This document shows positions 19,676-31,317 of a stretch of DNA of 64,000 nucleotides, piece after piece; position 1 is the stretch's first letter, and each line of letters starts with the position of its first letter. Under the pieces are notes generated by a model. The model was not told the origin of the DNA. It saw nothing but the letters and a program-made list of their open reading frames with translations, and did not search any database. Both the position numbers and the translations under genes were made by a program. The stretch lies in contig CBDFLE010000006.1 of assembly GCA_965248925.1 (NCBI GenBank), positions 3,808,001 to 3,872,000 on the forward strand, given 5' to 3'. Source of the DNA: Candidatus Multivoradales bacterium (GTDB lineage Bacteria; Acidobacteriota; Thermoanaerobaculia; Multivoradales; J023).

Positions 19676-20929
19676 ATGAATGATGACTGGGATTTTTCGC
19701 CACCTCCGCCTGCCGAATTGGTTGACCACGACGTACCGCTACTCGGTCGCCAGCTGGTTGGTCGGCGAGTGGCGCTGATGATCTGTGGCGGTATCGCTGC
19801 CATGAAGACGCCGTTGCTGGCTCGGGCGTTGCGCAAGCGCGGCGCCGAGGTCACCGCCTTCGTGTCGCGCGAAGCCTTGCGCTATGTCACCGCCGACGCC
19901 CTTGAGTGGAGCACCCACCGGCCGGTGATCGAGCGCCTCAGCCCGGCTGCCGAGCATTTGAGCGACGCCTCGCCCTTCGCTGCCTATCTGCTACCCCAGG
20001 CGACCTACAACACCATCAACAAACTCGCCGGTGGCGTCGCCGATGGCGTCGTTACCTCGACTCTGGCTTCAGCGATGGGCCGGATGAGTCGCGGCCAGGC
20101 GGCGGTGTTGGTGGTGCCGACCATGCATGGCAGCATGCACAATCCGATCCTCACCGAGTCGTTGCGCAAGCTCGATGGCTTGGGGGTACGGATCGTGCCG
20201 CCGCGGCCGGGCTATGGCAAACACAACATTCCCGACGATCCGGTCTTGGTGGCCGAGGTCTGCCGAGCGGTCAGTCGGTCGCCGCTGCGCGGCCGCAAAG
20301 TGCTGGTCACCGGCGGTCCGACCCCGGTCGAGATCGATGCCGTACGCCGGCTCACTAATCGCTTTCGCGGCCGACTAGGCATTGCCATCACCGAAGAACT
20401 CTGGCTGCGCGGCGCCGAGCCCCTGCTGGTGCATGGCGATGGTGCCCACCCGGCGCCGCTTTATCTGCCGCATAGGGTGGTGCGGACTTTCGACGAGTAT
20501 CGCGAGACGGTGCATGAGCGGTTGGCCGCGGGCGACTACCTGGCCGGCATCTTCACCGCCGCGGTGGCCGATTACCGGCCCACTGAGGTGCTGCCGGGCA
20601 AGACCCCCAGCGGCGGCCGGTTGCGCCTCGACATGGTGCCAACCCCGAAAGTGATCGAAGAAGTGCGCCAGCGCCACCGGGATCTGCACATGGTGACCTT
20701 CAAGTATCAGGAAGGCGTCAGCCACCAAGAGCTGATGGCGATTGGCCGCGAACGCTTGCAGACCTACGACGCGGTGGTCGCTAACCGCGGCGAAGAGACT
20801 ATTCTCGAAGGTCCCCAGGTTGCCTGGTTGCTGCGCCGCGATTCCGAACCGGAGCGTCTGGCGGGCAAGCCTGAGATCGCCATCGCCTTGGCGGATTATC
20901 TAGAGTCGGTGCTCGCCAGCCGCGGTTAG
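19676..20929 (+). CDS. coaBC: Bifunctional phosphopantothenoylcysteine decarboxylase/synthetase
   Basis: GGIAAMK, ATYNTINK, VLVTGGPT.V.IDAVR.LTN, AAVADY, VANR motifs. Confidence 0.9.
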   Translation: MNDDWDFSPPPPAELVDHDVPLLGRQLVGRRVALMICGGIAAMKTPLLARALRKRGAEVTAFVSREALRYVTADALEWSTHRPVIERLSPAAEHLSDASPFAAYLLPQATYNTINKLAGGVADGVVTSTLASAMGRMSRGQAAVLVVPTMHGSMHNPILTESLRKLDGLGVRIVPPRPGYGKHNIPDDPVLVAEVCRAVSRSPLRGRKVLVTGGPTPVEIDAVRRLTNRFRGRLGIAITEELWLRGAEPLLVHGDGAHPAPLYLPHRVVRTFDEYRETVHERLAAGDYLAGIFTAAVADYRPTEVLPGKTPSGGRLRLDMVPTPKVIEEVRQRHRDLHMVTFKYQEGVSHQELMAIGRERLQTYDAVVANRGEETILEGPQVAWLLRRDSEPERLAGKPEIAIALADYLESVLASRG

Positions 20930-21964
20930 CAGCTGATCGACCGCCTCGGCTGGGGTGTCGAATGCACAAACCAGTCGGATAACCACCCGGTTCTCCACCG
21001 TGTTCCAGCGGACGAAGCGAAACCCATCGCTTTCCAGCCGTTCAGTTAACGCTCGCGACAAGCTGGCGAAGACTTGATTGGTCTCGACCGGATGAGCTAG
21101 CTCGATGCCAGGGATCTGGGCCAGGCCATCGGCCAGGTGGGCTGCCTGTTGATTGGCGTGGCGGGCGTTGCGCAGCCACAGATCATCTTCGAGCAGGGCC
21201 CGGTGTTGCGCTGAGAGAAAGCGCATTTTGGCCCACTGCTGGCCGCCACGCTTGAGCCGCAAGTGGGCCTCGCTGGCGAGTTCGGGGTCAAACAGCAGCA
21301 AAGCCTCGGCGGCGAGGGCGCCGTTCTTGGTGGCGCCGAAAGCCAGGGTGGTGACCCCCGCTTTCCAGCTCAGCTCGGCGGGGCTGGCGCCGGTCGCCAC
21401 CACCGCGTTGGCGAAGCGGGCGCCATCGACATGCACCCGCAGGCCATGCTGGCGGGCCGCCGCCGTCAGCTCGGCGATCTCGTCGGCCTGGTAGATGGTG
21501 CCGAGTTCGGTGGCCTGGGTCAGGCTGAGCACCGACGGCGGCATCATCATCGGGCCGCTCGTGCCGGCCAGCTGTTGCAGCGAGTCGGCCACGGTCTGAG
21601 GACTCAATCGAGCATGCTCGGCGGCCAGTGGTAGCAGCTTGGCGCCGCCGCTGTAGAACTCGGGGGCACCGCATTGGTGGGCGTAGATGTGGCTCTCGGC
21701 ATGGCAGATCACTTGCGAGTAAGGCGGCGCCAGCAGGCCCAGGGCGAGGGCATTAGCGCCGGTACCCGCGGCCATCAGCAGCACCTCCAGGTGGTCGGTC
21801 TCGAAGACTTCGGCGAAATCCGCCTGGATGTGCTGGCTCAGCGGATCGTTGCCGTAGGGGGCCATCGAGCCCTCGTTGGCCGCGGTGATCGCCGCCAGCA
21901 CCTCGGGGGAAGCGCCGCGGATGGTGTCGCTGAGAAAATTCAACAGGGTCGGGTCGTTGCTCAT
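20900..21964 (-). CDS. ltaE: Low-specificity L-threonine aldolase
   Basis: NFLSD, YGND, GTGANAL, LTQATELGT, HVDGARFANA, FGATKNG (PLP Lys). Confidence 0.9.
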   Translation of the reverse strand: MSNDPTLLNFLSDTIRGASPEVLAAITAANEGSMAPYGNDPLSQHIQADFAEVFETDHLEVLLMAAGTGANALALGLLAPPYSQVICHAESHIYAHQCGAPEFYSGGAKLLPLAAEHARLSPQTVADSLQQLAGTSGPMMMPPSVLSLTQATELGTIYQADEIAELTAAARQHGLRVHVDGARFANAVVATGASPAELSWKAGVTTLAFGATKNGALAAEALLLFDPELASEAHLRLKRGGQQWAKMRFLSAQHRALLEDDLWLRNARHANQQAAHLADGLAQIPGIELAHPVETNQVFASLSRALTERLESDGFRFVRWNTVENRVVIRLVCAFDTPAEAVDQLLTAAGEHRL

Positions 21965-21993
21965 TGGGGGTGCTTCATCGGTGGCCTAGTAGT

Positions 21994-22027
21994 GGTACTC
22001 CACGCGGTGCGGTACTCCACGCGGTGC
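21994..22027 (+). repeat. 17-bp tandem duplication GGTACTCCACGCGGTGC x2
   Basis: Exact adjacent repeat between ltaE and brnA. Confidence 0.85.
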
Positions 22028-22053
22028 CAGTCCAGTCGCCTCTCGACCAGCTG

Positions 22054-22308
22054 CTAGCTGGCGCGCTTCAGTTCCTCGCGCAGGACGCGTCGCAAAGTGT
22101 CCGCCAGTGGTTCCGCGGCGGTGGCGATATGCTGCCGCAGTGCGCTGTTGATCATGTTCTGGTAGCTGCCGCCACCTGCTCTATGAACCTGTTGTTTGAA
22201 CCAGGACACAACGTCCTCATCCAGCCGGATTGTGATGCGGGTCTTGCCTGTCGCCACCGGCCGGACTGGCCCTCGCTTTGCCTCGCTGAAATCGTATTCC
22301 TTTTGCAT
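22054..22308 (-). CDS. brnA: BrnA-family antitoxin
   Basis: MQKEYDFSEAKRG...KTRITIRLDEDVVSWFK...YQNMINSALR. Confidence 0.88.
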   Translation of the reverse strand: MQKEYDFSEAKRGPVRPVATGKTRITIRLDEDVVSWFKQQVHRAGGGSYQNMINSALRQHIATAAEPLADTLRRVLREELKRAS

Positions 22309-22381
22309 TAGCCTTCCTCGTAAAATCGACCCCATGCTTGCCGAGGTTCTGATCAGCCTTCACAGGGTCCCACTCATACAT
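22308..22381 (-). pseudogene. brnT: BrnT toxin remnant (internal deletion)
   Basis: MYEWDPVKADQNLGKHGVDF joined out of frame to YEEG*, whose TAA overlaps the brnA ATG. Confidence 0.8.
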
Positions 22382-22455
22382 TCATCAATAGTATGTACAA
22401 ACGTGCAGCAGGCCAAGTGGAGAGACCATCTCCAAGGCTGCTATTCTCGGCTCCA

Positions 22456-23823
22456 ATGGACACTCTGATCGAAAGCAGTGCCCTCGCCCTGCGTTCGTTG
22501 ATCGATGCGGCGGGCGGGCTGGAGTCGGTCGAGGTGCTACGCCAGCACCTCGATATGGCGGTGGCGCGGGGTTATTTCCGGCCGGCGGAGGAGGACCGTC
22601 TGATGGCCTGGATGGGGGCTCTGCTGAGCGTTCGGAGCGGGTTGTGGGAGATCCTCGAAGAGGTCTCGGAGCCGATCGAGGGGGCTCTGGACCGGGTCCT
22701 TACCGTCGATCATCAGCGCCTCTTCCTGCTCGGCTACGGCGCGGCTTGCCAGATCGTCAAGCTCGACCGTTTCTTGGTCCACAGTCTGGCCACCGAATCG
22801 CTGGTACAGCGCAAGATCAATGAGGGGGACGAGGAGCGGCGTATTCCCCGCAAGCAGTTCACTGAGGTTTTCAAGTCCCTTTCTGATCCACTGCTGGCCA
22901 AGTGGATGCACGACGCCATGCGCCACGCCAAGAGGTTTCGCGGCGAACTGGAAGCACTGGCCTGCGATCCCACGGTCGGTTTTGTCGCCGAGTGCCTGGA
23001 GCAGCTCGAACAGCCGCTCAATCCGCGCAAGCGACGGTTCTTCGGCCTGCTGCTCGCCTATCGCGAACACTCGCTGCGGCGGCGCGGTGCCTCGGCGCGG
23101 CAGAAGACCGAATTGACACTTCTCGAAGCCGCGGGCCGGCTAGTTGCCGAGGTCAACGGGCAGCTGATGATGCCGCGCATCCACACCGGCGTACAGGAGC
23201 GGCTGAACGAGATCTTGAAGCCGGGCGATGTGTTGGTGACTCGGCATGATCTGGCTCTGTCGAATCTCTTCCTGCCTGGCTTTTGGCCGCATGCGGCGCT
23301 CTATGTGGGTAGCGAAGCGGAGCGGCAGGAACTCGGGGTGGAACTCGATGAGGAGCGCCGCGGCCGCTGGCGTGGATCGCGACGGGTGCTTGAGGCGCGC
23401 AAGGATGGGGTGCTTTTCCGTGCGCTGGCGGACACCCTGGAGGTCGATGCGGTGGCGGTGATCCGACCACGGCTAGAGCCGGCCGAGATCGGCCGCGCGC
23501 TGAGCCGTGCCGCTACCCACGAGGGCAAGATGTACAACTTTGATTTCGATTTCTTTCGCACCGATCGCTTGGTCTGCACTGAGGTGATCTACCGGGCCTA
23601 CGATGGCATCGGAGCAATGCAGTTCGAACTCGCTGAGCGCTCGGGCCGCCTGACTTTATCGGCGGAAGATCTTCTCGACTTGGCGCTGGCGGGGGAGATG
23701 TTCGAGCCGGTGGCGGTTTTTGGTGCCCCCTCTTGCCTTGGTGAACTGGTCTGTGGCGCCGCCGCTCGCCAGGCGCTGGCGGCTAGCTACCAACCGGCGA
23801 AGGGCGAAGTGCAGCTTTCTTGA
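22456..23823 (+). CDS. YiiX/YebB-like permuted papain (NlpC/P60) protein with an N-terminal helical domain
   Basis: LKPGDVLV, WPHAALYVG, YNFDFDF...LVCTEVIYRAY. Confidence 0.85.
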   Translation: MDTLIESSALALRSLIDAAGGLESVEVLRQHLDMAVARGYFRPAEEDRLMAWMGALLSVRSGLWEILEEVSEPIEGALDRVLTVDHQRLFLLGYGAACQIVKLDRFLVHSLATESLVQRKINEGDEERRIPRKQFTEVFKSLSDPLLAKWMHDAMRHAKRFRGELEALACDPTVGFVAECLEQLEQPLNPRKRRFFGLLLAYREHSLRRRGASARQKTELTLLEAAGRLVAEVNGQLMMPRIHTGVQERLNEILKPGDVLVTRHDLALSNLFLPGFWPHAALYVGSEAERQELGVELDEERRGRWRGSRRVLEARKDGVLFRALADTLEVDAVAVIRPRLEPAEIGRALSRAATHEGKMYNFDFDFFRTDRLVCTEVIYRAYDGIGAMQFELAERSGRLTLSAEDLLDLALAGEMFEPVAVFGAPSCLGELVCGAAARQALAASYQPAKGEVQLS

Positions 23824-23930
23824 CCATGGCTCGGGGCGCCAGATAGACTACCAACTGTCCTTTTCGGGGCAAGATTCAACCGCCCTATTTCAATCCCGCA
23901 ACAAGCCCCGTCAACTTCGGAGGCCCGAAG

Positions 23931-25145
23931 ATGTCCGAGCAGCAACCGTTTAGTACCGTCGAAGAAGCTATCGCGCGCCTACGCCAGGGTGAGATGGTGA
24001 TTGTCGTCGACGATGAAGATCGCGAGAACGAAGGGGATCTGGTGATCCTCGCCGAGAATGTCACTCCTGAGGCGATCAACTTCATGGCCAAGCACGGGCG
24101 TGGACTGATCTGCCTGGCGCTCACCGAGGAGCGCTGTGCCGAACTCGATCTGCCGCTGATGGTGGAGGATAATTCGACCCCCTTTGGCACCGCCTTCACC
24201 ATCACCATCGAAGGGCGCGGCAAAGTGACTACCGGCATCTCGGCGGCTGATCGTGCGGCTACGGTGCTGACCGCGATCGACTCGCGCACCCGGCCGCAGG
24301 ACTTGATTCGGCCGGGCCATGTATTCCCGATTCGGGCGCGCTCGGGGGGGGTGCTCAAACGCGCCGGCCACACCGAAGCAGCGGTCGATCTGGCGGTGTT
24401 GGCGGGGGCCAAGCCTGCCGGCGTGGTGTGCGAGATCATGAATGATGATGGCACCATGGCGCGGGTTCCCGAACTGCTGCGCTTTGCCGAGAACCAGCAA
24501 TTGGCGATTATCTCGGTGACTGCCTTGATCAAACACCGGATGATGCACGAGACCCTGGTCGAACGCATCGCGGCACCGAAGTTGCCCACCGCTTACGGCG
24601 AATTGCGCGCCCATGCCTACCGCTCCGAGGTGACTGGCGAGGAGCACTTGGCGATGGTGTTAGGCGATATCGACGAAAAGCAGCCGGTGCTGGTGCGGGT
24701 CCACAGCCAATGCTTGACCGGCGACATCTTCGGCTCAGAACGCTGTGATTGCGGGGTGCAACTGCACCGCGCTCTGGAGATTATCCAGGCCGAGGGTCAG
24801 GGCGTGTTGCTCTACTTGTTGCAGGAAGGTCGCGGCATAGGCCTGTTTAATAAATTGCGCGCTTACGAGTTGCAAGAGCAGGGGCACGACACCGTCGAGG
24901 CCAACGAGAAGTTGGGTTTCAAGGCCGACGCGCGCAACTATGGCATCGGTGCCCAGATCCTGCGCGATCTCGGGGTCCGCCGAATGCGTCTGATGACTAA
25001 CAATCCCGGCAAGTACATCGCCCTCGATGGCTACGGTCTAGAGATCGTCGAGCGGGTGCCCCTAGAGGTAGTGCCGACGGACAAGAGTCGCGACTACTTG
25101 CGCGCCAAGCGCGACAAAATGGGCCACCTGCTAAAGATGGTCTGA
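23931..25145 (+). CDS. ribBA: 3,4-dihydroxy-2-butanone 4-phosphate synthase / GTP cyclohydrolase II
   Basis: VDDEDRENEGD, RAGHTEA, RVHSQCLTGD, RCDCG, QEGRGIGL, TNNP. Confidence 0.97.
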   Translation: MSEQQPFSTVEEAIARLRQGEMVIVVDDEDRENEGDLVILAENVTPEAINFMAKHGRGLICLALTEERCAELDLPLMVEDNSTPFGTAFTITIEGRGKVTTGISAADRAATVLTAIDSRTRPQDLIRPGHVFPIRARSGGVLKRAGHTEAAVDLAVLAGAKPAGVVCEIMNDDGTMARVPELLRFAENQQLAIISVTALIKHRMMHETLVERIAAPKLPTAYGELRAHAYRSEVTGEEHLAMVLGDIDEKQPVLVRVHSQCLTGDIFGSERCDCGVQLHRALEIIQAEGQGVLLYLLQEGRGIGLFNKLRAYELQEQGHDTVEANEKLGFKADARNYGIGAQILRDLGVRRMRLMTNNPGKYIALDGYGLEIVERVPLEVVPTDKSRDYLRAKRDKMGHLLKMV

Positions 25146-25154
25146 CCTTCGGTT

Positions 25155-27149
25155 TTATACCGAGGGCCTACTGACCACAGCGTCCTTATCGTGGACCTGA
25201 GTCTCAGCCGGCAGTTCCAGGTTGGCTTCGGGGATGACTTCTTGCAGGTAGTTGCGCAGATGCTGGTGGTGGCCGTTGCTCGACAGCAGCCGTAGCTTAT
25301 CGAGCATCCGCAGTAGCAGATCCTCGCTGTAGGGTTGCAGCTGACCGATGAAGATCTTCGGATGGCCGGTCTTGGCCAGATGCTCGTTCTCTAGCTCTAA
25401 TTCCTCGAACAACTTCTCTCCCGGCCGAGTGCCGGTGAATTCGATGGCGATGTCCTCGCCCGGTCGTAGGCCGGCAAGGCGGATCATGTCGTTGGCCAAG
25501 TCGACGATCTTCACCGCTCGGCCCATGTCGAGGACAAAGATCTCGCCCCCCTCGCCGATGCCGGCGGCATGTAGCACCAGCTGCGCGGCTTCTGGGATGG
25601 TCATGAAAAAACGGGTCATTTCCGGATGGGTGACGGTCACCGGCCCCCCGGCCTCGATCTGCTCGCGAAAGATCGGGATCACCGACCCGGTGGAGCCCAG
25701 CACATTGCCAAATCGCACCGCCATGTAGCGGGTGGCGAAGCGCTTCTCGAGGTCGAGCAGCAAAATCTCGGCGAGACGTTTGGAGGCGCCCATCACCGAA
25801 GCGGGGCGCACCGCCTTGTCGGTCGAGATCAGCACGAAGCGTTCGATCCCGGCTTCACCCGCTAGACGGCCCAAACGGTGGGTGGCCAGAGTGTTGTTCT
25901 TGATCGCCTCGGTGGGGTTCAGCTCCATCAGGGGTACATGCTTGTGCGCCGCGGCGTGCAGGATGAGCTGAGGTCGCTCGTCCTGCAGTAAGGTTCGCAT
26001 GCGCTCATCGTCGGCTACATCAGCCACCCGAGCGGTGATTTCCAGGTTCGGCCAGCGAGCGCGTAGCTGACGGTCGATCTCGAACAGCGCCGGCTCCGCG
26101 CGTTCCACCAAGATAATCCGGCTGGCCTGGTAGAGCGCTGCTTGGCGCGCCAGCTCGGAGCCGATCGAACCCCCGGCACCGGTGACCATTACCCGAGCGC
26201 CGCCGATCAGCTCGGTCAAGCGCCGCCGATCCTCACCGTCTTCGAGCTGCACCTGCTCCCGGCCGAGCAAGTCTTCGATTCGCACTTTGCGAAAGCGGGA
26301 CACACTGAGCCGACCTTCGAGAATCTCGAACAGGCTCGGCATGATCCGCACCTCGACTTTGAGCTGGCGGCATAGATCGACCAGGTCCATGGCCCGGCGG
26401 CGTTCGACTCGCACCATGGTCAACAGCACCTGGTCGATGTCGAGCGCCGAGATCAGTTCGGGTAGATCGTCGGAGGTGCCGAGCACCTTGATGCCGTGCA
26501 GCACCGAACCCACCTTGTGGGGATCGTCGTCGACGAAGCCGACTACTTGCAACTCCGAAGCCGCTGCCTGTCCCGCCAGCGCTCGTACCGCCCGCAAGCC
26601 GGCGCGGCCGGCACCGAATAACAGGACTTGCTGGCGTTGTCGGCGATTGCCAACGTCGTCGAAAGGCAGGTGGCTCTCGAAGCGTTCGTAGAGACTACGG
26701 CGCAGAATGCGGATGCCGAGGACGCCGCCGAAGGCGAAGGCGGTGTCCATGACGATGATCGAGATCGGCACTCGCAGGTCACCGAGCTGCGGGGGCAGGC
26801 CGAAGCGCAAGGCCAGCAATGGCAGGGCGGAGAACAGCGCGGCGAGGATGAAGCTCTGCATCTCGGCCATGCCAATGTAGCGCCAGATGAAGCTGTAGAT
26901 GCCGCAGAGGAAGATCGCTGCCAGCTGAACTAACACCACCATCGGCAATTGGACCAGCGCGTCGTCGCGGATCTGCGGCGTCAAGGAGAATTCGAAGCGC
27001 AGCAAATAAGCCAGGCAGAAAGCCGCCACCAACACTGATAAATCGAGCAAGAACTGGATTTCACGGCGCAAATGGTAGGTCCAGAAGGGCCGGGTGGTGG
27101 GCGGTGGGTCTTTCTTGACCCCTTGGCGGCTGTTCGTGGGCTCCGTCAT
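25155..27149 (-). CDS. Nucleoside-diphosphate sugar 4,6-dehydratase (PglF/CapD-like)
   Basis: N-terminal TM helices; VTGAGGSIGSEL, HAAAHKHVP, STDKAV, RFGNVLGSTGSV, RPGEKLFEEL. Confidence 0.93.
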   Translation of the reverse strand: MTEPTNSRQGVKKDPPPTTRPFWTYHLRREIQFLLDLSVLVAAFCLAYLLRFEFSLTPQIRDDALVQLPMVVLVQLAAIFLCGIYSFIWRYIGMAEMQSFILAALFSALPLLALRFGLPPQLGDLRVPISIIVMDTAFAFGGVLGIRILRRSLYERFESHLPFDDVGNRRQRQQVLLFGAGRAGLRAVRALAGQAAASELQVVGFVDDDPHKVGSVLHGIKVLGTSDDLPELISALDIDQVLLTMVRVERRRAMDLVDLCRQLKVEVRIMPSLFEILEGRLSVSRFRKVRIEDLLGREQVQLEDGEDRRRLTELIGGARVMVTGAGGSIGSELARQAALYQASRIILVERAEPALFEIDRQLRARWPNLEITARVADVADDERMRTLLQDERPQLILHAAAHKHVPLMELNPTEAIKNNTLATHRLGRLAGEAGIERFVLISTDKAVRPASVMGASKRLAEILLLDLEKRFATRYMAVRFGNVLGSTGSVIPIFREQIEAGGPVTVTHPEMTRFFMTIPEAAQLVLHAAGIGEGGEIFVLDMGRAVKIVDLANDMIRLAGLRPGEDIAIEFTGTRPGEKLFEELELENEHLAKTGHPKIFIGQLQPYSEDLLLRMLDKLRLLSSNGHHQHLRNYLQEVIPEANLELPAETQVHDKDAVVSRPSV

Positions 27150-27156
27150 AAGCGAG

Positions 27157-27873
27157 CTAGTTCTTGTCAAGTGGCTTGTTTTCAGTAGTTTGCGTTTCAT
27201 TGTCGAGCTTGAAATAGTCCAGGCTCGGCGGAATTCGTACACTCGGCATGACTATCTTAAGCACCGTCCATGCCAGAACCAAGCTATCTGTCGTTGAATT
27301 CCTCTGCCGTTGGTAAGCGACATAACCGGCGAGTTTCCGCGGCAGTAGTTGCTCGCGGTAATAGCGTTCCGGGTCTTCGGGGTAGTTGCGCAGCAGACTT
27401 TCTTCGTCGCGCAATGCCAGAGTCACCGGATCGGTCAGACCAGGACGAGTCACCAGGACTTGTTGCCAAAGCTCGTCGTTAAGGTTGACAAATTGTGGCA
27501 CTTCGGGCCGGGCGCCGACCAAAGACATGTCGCCGCGCAGCACATTCCACAGTTCCGGCAGCTCGTCGAGCTTGCTGCGACGGAGCAGGGCGCCAACTCG
27601 GGTGACGCGAGCATCGCCGCCAGCCGTGACCCCGGGCCCGGCCTGGTCGATGGTCATGCTGCGCAGCTTGTAGAGCAGGAAGGGACGGCCTCCACGGCCG
27701 ATCCGCTGTTGACGGAACAGTATTGGCCCCGGTGAATTCAGCTTGACCGCCAGCGCGGCGGCGGCCAAGAGAGGCGCCACCAGGAGGAGTCCGCCGCCCG
27801 CGGCCAATGCTTCGAGCCAGCGTGGCAGACCGCCGTGCCGGTGTTCTAGGGGCGGTGGGTCGGCCGGGCTCAT
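27157..27873 (-). CDS. Bacterial sugar transferase (PglC/WcaJ-like)
   Basis: SPGPILFRQ.RIG, KLRSM, KLDELPELWNVLRGDMSLVGARPE. Confidence 0.93.
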   Translation of the reverse strand: MSPADPPPLEHRHGGLPRWLEALAAGGGLLLVAPLLAAAALAVKLNSPGPILFRQQRIGRGGRPFLLYKLRSMTIDQAGPGVTAGGDARVTRVGALLRRSKLDELPELWNVLRGDMSLVGARPEVPQFVNLNDELWQQVLVTRPGLTDPVTLALRDEESLLRNYPEDPERYYREQLLPRKLAGYVAYQRQRNSTTDSLVLAWTVLKIVMPSVRIPPSLDYFKLDNETQTTENKPLDKN

Positions 27874-29300
27874 TCCTGATCGCCGCCGGCCAGCCCGCCA
27901 TCCGCAGCGGCGCTGGGTGCAGTGCCAAGTTTCGAAATCACCGCTTGGAATTTACCTGCCTTGGTGCGGGGAATCTCCTTGACCACCTCAACTTCGACTT
28001 CGACGCCTTTGCCCAGCCGTTGCTGGATGCGTTCACTGATGGTTTGGTGATCGACGGCGTCCCAGCCGGCCGCTGGCACCACCTTGACTCGGATCCGGTC
28101 GAGGGCTTCCTGGATTACCTGGCCCTCGTGGACTTGGGGTAGATCGACGAAGACGCCATGGAAACGCACCATCTGGCGACCGTCCGGGCCGACGACGACA
28201 TCCTCGACCCGGCCGACCACTTCTTGCAGCACCGGCAACGGCCGGCCACAAGGGCAGGGGTCAGCGGGGTCGGCCCAGGTGGCGACATCGCCAAGGCGAA
28301 AGCGCACCAAAGGTTGGTAGGGCCGCATCAGGCAGGTGGTGACCACCTCGCCGGGTTCGCCGGGTGCGCAGGAAGTGCCGTCGGGGCGCAAGATCTCCAG
28401 TATTCCGGCATCCTCGCTGACGTGCAAGCGGCGGTGTTCGCACTCGCTGGCGAACACCGCGTTCTCGACCGTGCTGTACTCCTCGAACACACCGCCGCCG
28501 AAGGCTTGTTGCAGAACCTTGCGCATCCCTGGGGTGAGCTTCTCGCTGGTGGTGACGATAGCGTCCAGCGGCGGAATCTCGAGGCCGCGATCGAGGGCGA
28601 AGCGAGCCATCAGATACACCCCGACAGCGTAGCCGGTCAGCCAGCGGATGCGGTGCTGGGCGAGCGCTTCAAGGTAGCGGCCAACGGTGTCGGGAGAGAG
28701 GTGAAAGGCCGAGAAGTAGACCTGGCGTTCGACCCTGTTGTAGCGATGAAAGGGACCCTGGCTGTGGGGATCGGGCACTACGATGCGCCCTGAGAGCGAG
28801 GCCCGAGGTAGGTTGAACGACACCCCCGCCCAGCCTGCTGAACGTGCTTCGCGCAGAGCGAGGGAGTTGCGCAGCTCGTCCACCGTCCAGAGAGTGGCAA
28901 TCGGCGTGCCGGTAGAGCCGCTGGTGTGAAAGACCAGCTCGCGGCTCGGCTCGAGGTCCCGGCGCAAGAAGCGGCGGGCGTCGGCCCGTGGCGCCTCCTT
29001 GCCGAGAAGGGGCAGGTCCGCGAGTCGGCCGGCGTGGGCGGCGCGCTTGTTTTCGCTACTCCAAGTGTCGCGATAGTACGGCACTTGTTCGGCGGCGGCG
29101 CTGAGCAAAGCCCGGAGTCGTTGGTCTACAGCGCTGCGCCAGGCCGCTGGATCGAGAATCTGACGCTGCAAATAGCCGTTTAGATGGCGTTGGTAGCCGG
29201 GGCCAAAGCGCAACCTTCGCCAGTAGAGGCCATAGGCGCTGACCGCACAATGCTGTGCCCAGACGGGCAAATGGGCGTAGATCGTGTCGAGCTTGGACAC
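27870..29300 (-). CDS. Phenylacetate-CoA ligase-like (CapK-type) adenylating enzyme
   Basis: HTSGSTGTP, YSTVE, RFRLGD, VVGRVED, GKFQAV. Confidence 0.85.
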   Translation of the reverse strand: MSKLDTIYAHLPVWAQHCAVSAYGLYWRRLRFGPGYQRHLNGYLQRQILDPAAWRSAVDQRLRALLSAAAEQVPYYRDTWSSENKRAAHAGRLADLPLLGKEAPRADARRFLRRDLEPSRELVFHTSGSTGTPIATLWTVDELRNSLALREARSAGWAGVSFNLPRASLSGRIVVPDPHSQGPFHRYNRVERQVYFSAFHLSPDTVGRYLEALAQHRIRWLTGYAVGVYLMARFALDRGLEIPPLDAIVTTSEKLTPGMRKVLQQAFGGGVFEEYSTVENAVFASECEHRRLHVSEDAGILEILRPDGTSCAPGEPGEVVTTCLMRPYQPLVRFRLGDVATWADPADPCPCGRPLPVLQEVVGRVEDVVVGPDGRQMVRFHGVFVDLPQVHEGQVIQEALDRIRVKVVPAAGWDAVDHQTISERIQQRLGKGVEVEVEVVKEIPRTKAGKFQAVISKLGTAPSAAADGGLAGGDQE

Positions 29301-29403
29301 TAGAGGCTCCGCGGAGGGGGGCGAAGATCAATCATAGCAGTCAACGACTTCGCTACAATCGCCCCTCAGCCAATTCAAGCAGACCGACCCAAGGAGGTAG
29401 CCA

Positions 29404-29667
29404 ATGGAGCCCGACAAGCGGCTGCGCCAGTATTGGCGCAAGAATCAGACTTTGATAGCGATCTTGCTGGCGATTTGGTTCTTGGTCTCGTTCGTCTTCG
29501 CGATCTTCCTCGCCGAGCCGCTCTACGGCGCGCGCATCGGCAAGCTGCCGGCCAGCTTCTGGTGGGCGCAGCAGGGTTCGATGTTCGTTTTCGTGCTGCT
29601 GATCTTTATCTATGCCTGGAAGATGGACCGGCTCGATCGCCAATACGACCTCGACGAGGAGGATTGA
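29404..29667 (+). CDS. DUF4212 small membrane protein (SSS-associated)
   Basis: YWRKN...FWWAQQGS...Y; RBS GGAGG; directly precedes the SSS permease. Confidence 0.9.
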   Translation: MEPDKRLRQYWRKNQTLIAILLAIWFLVSFVFAIFLAEPLYGARIGKLPASFWWAQQGSMFVFVLLIFIYAWKMDRLDRQYDLDEED

Positions 29668-29670
29668 GCG

Positions 29671-31317
<1,647 letters not shown>

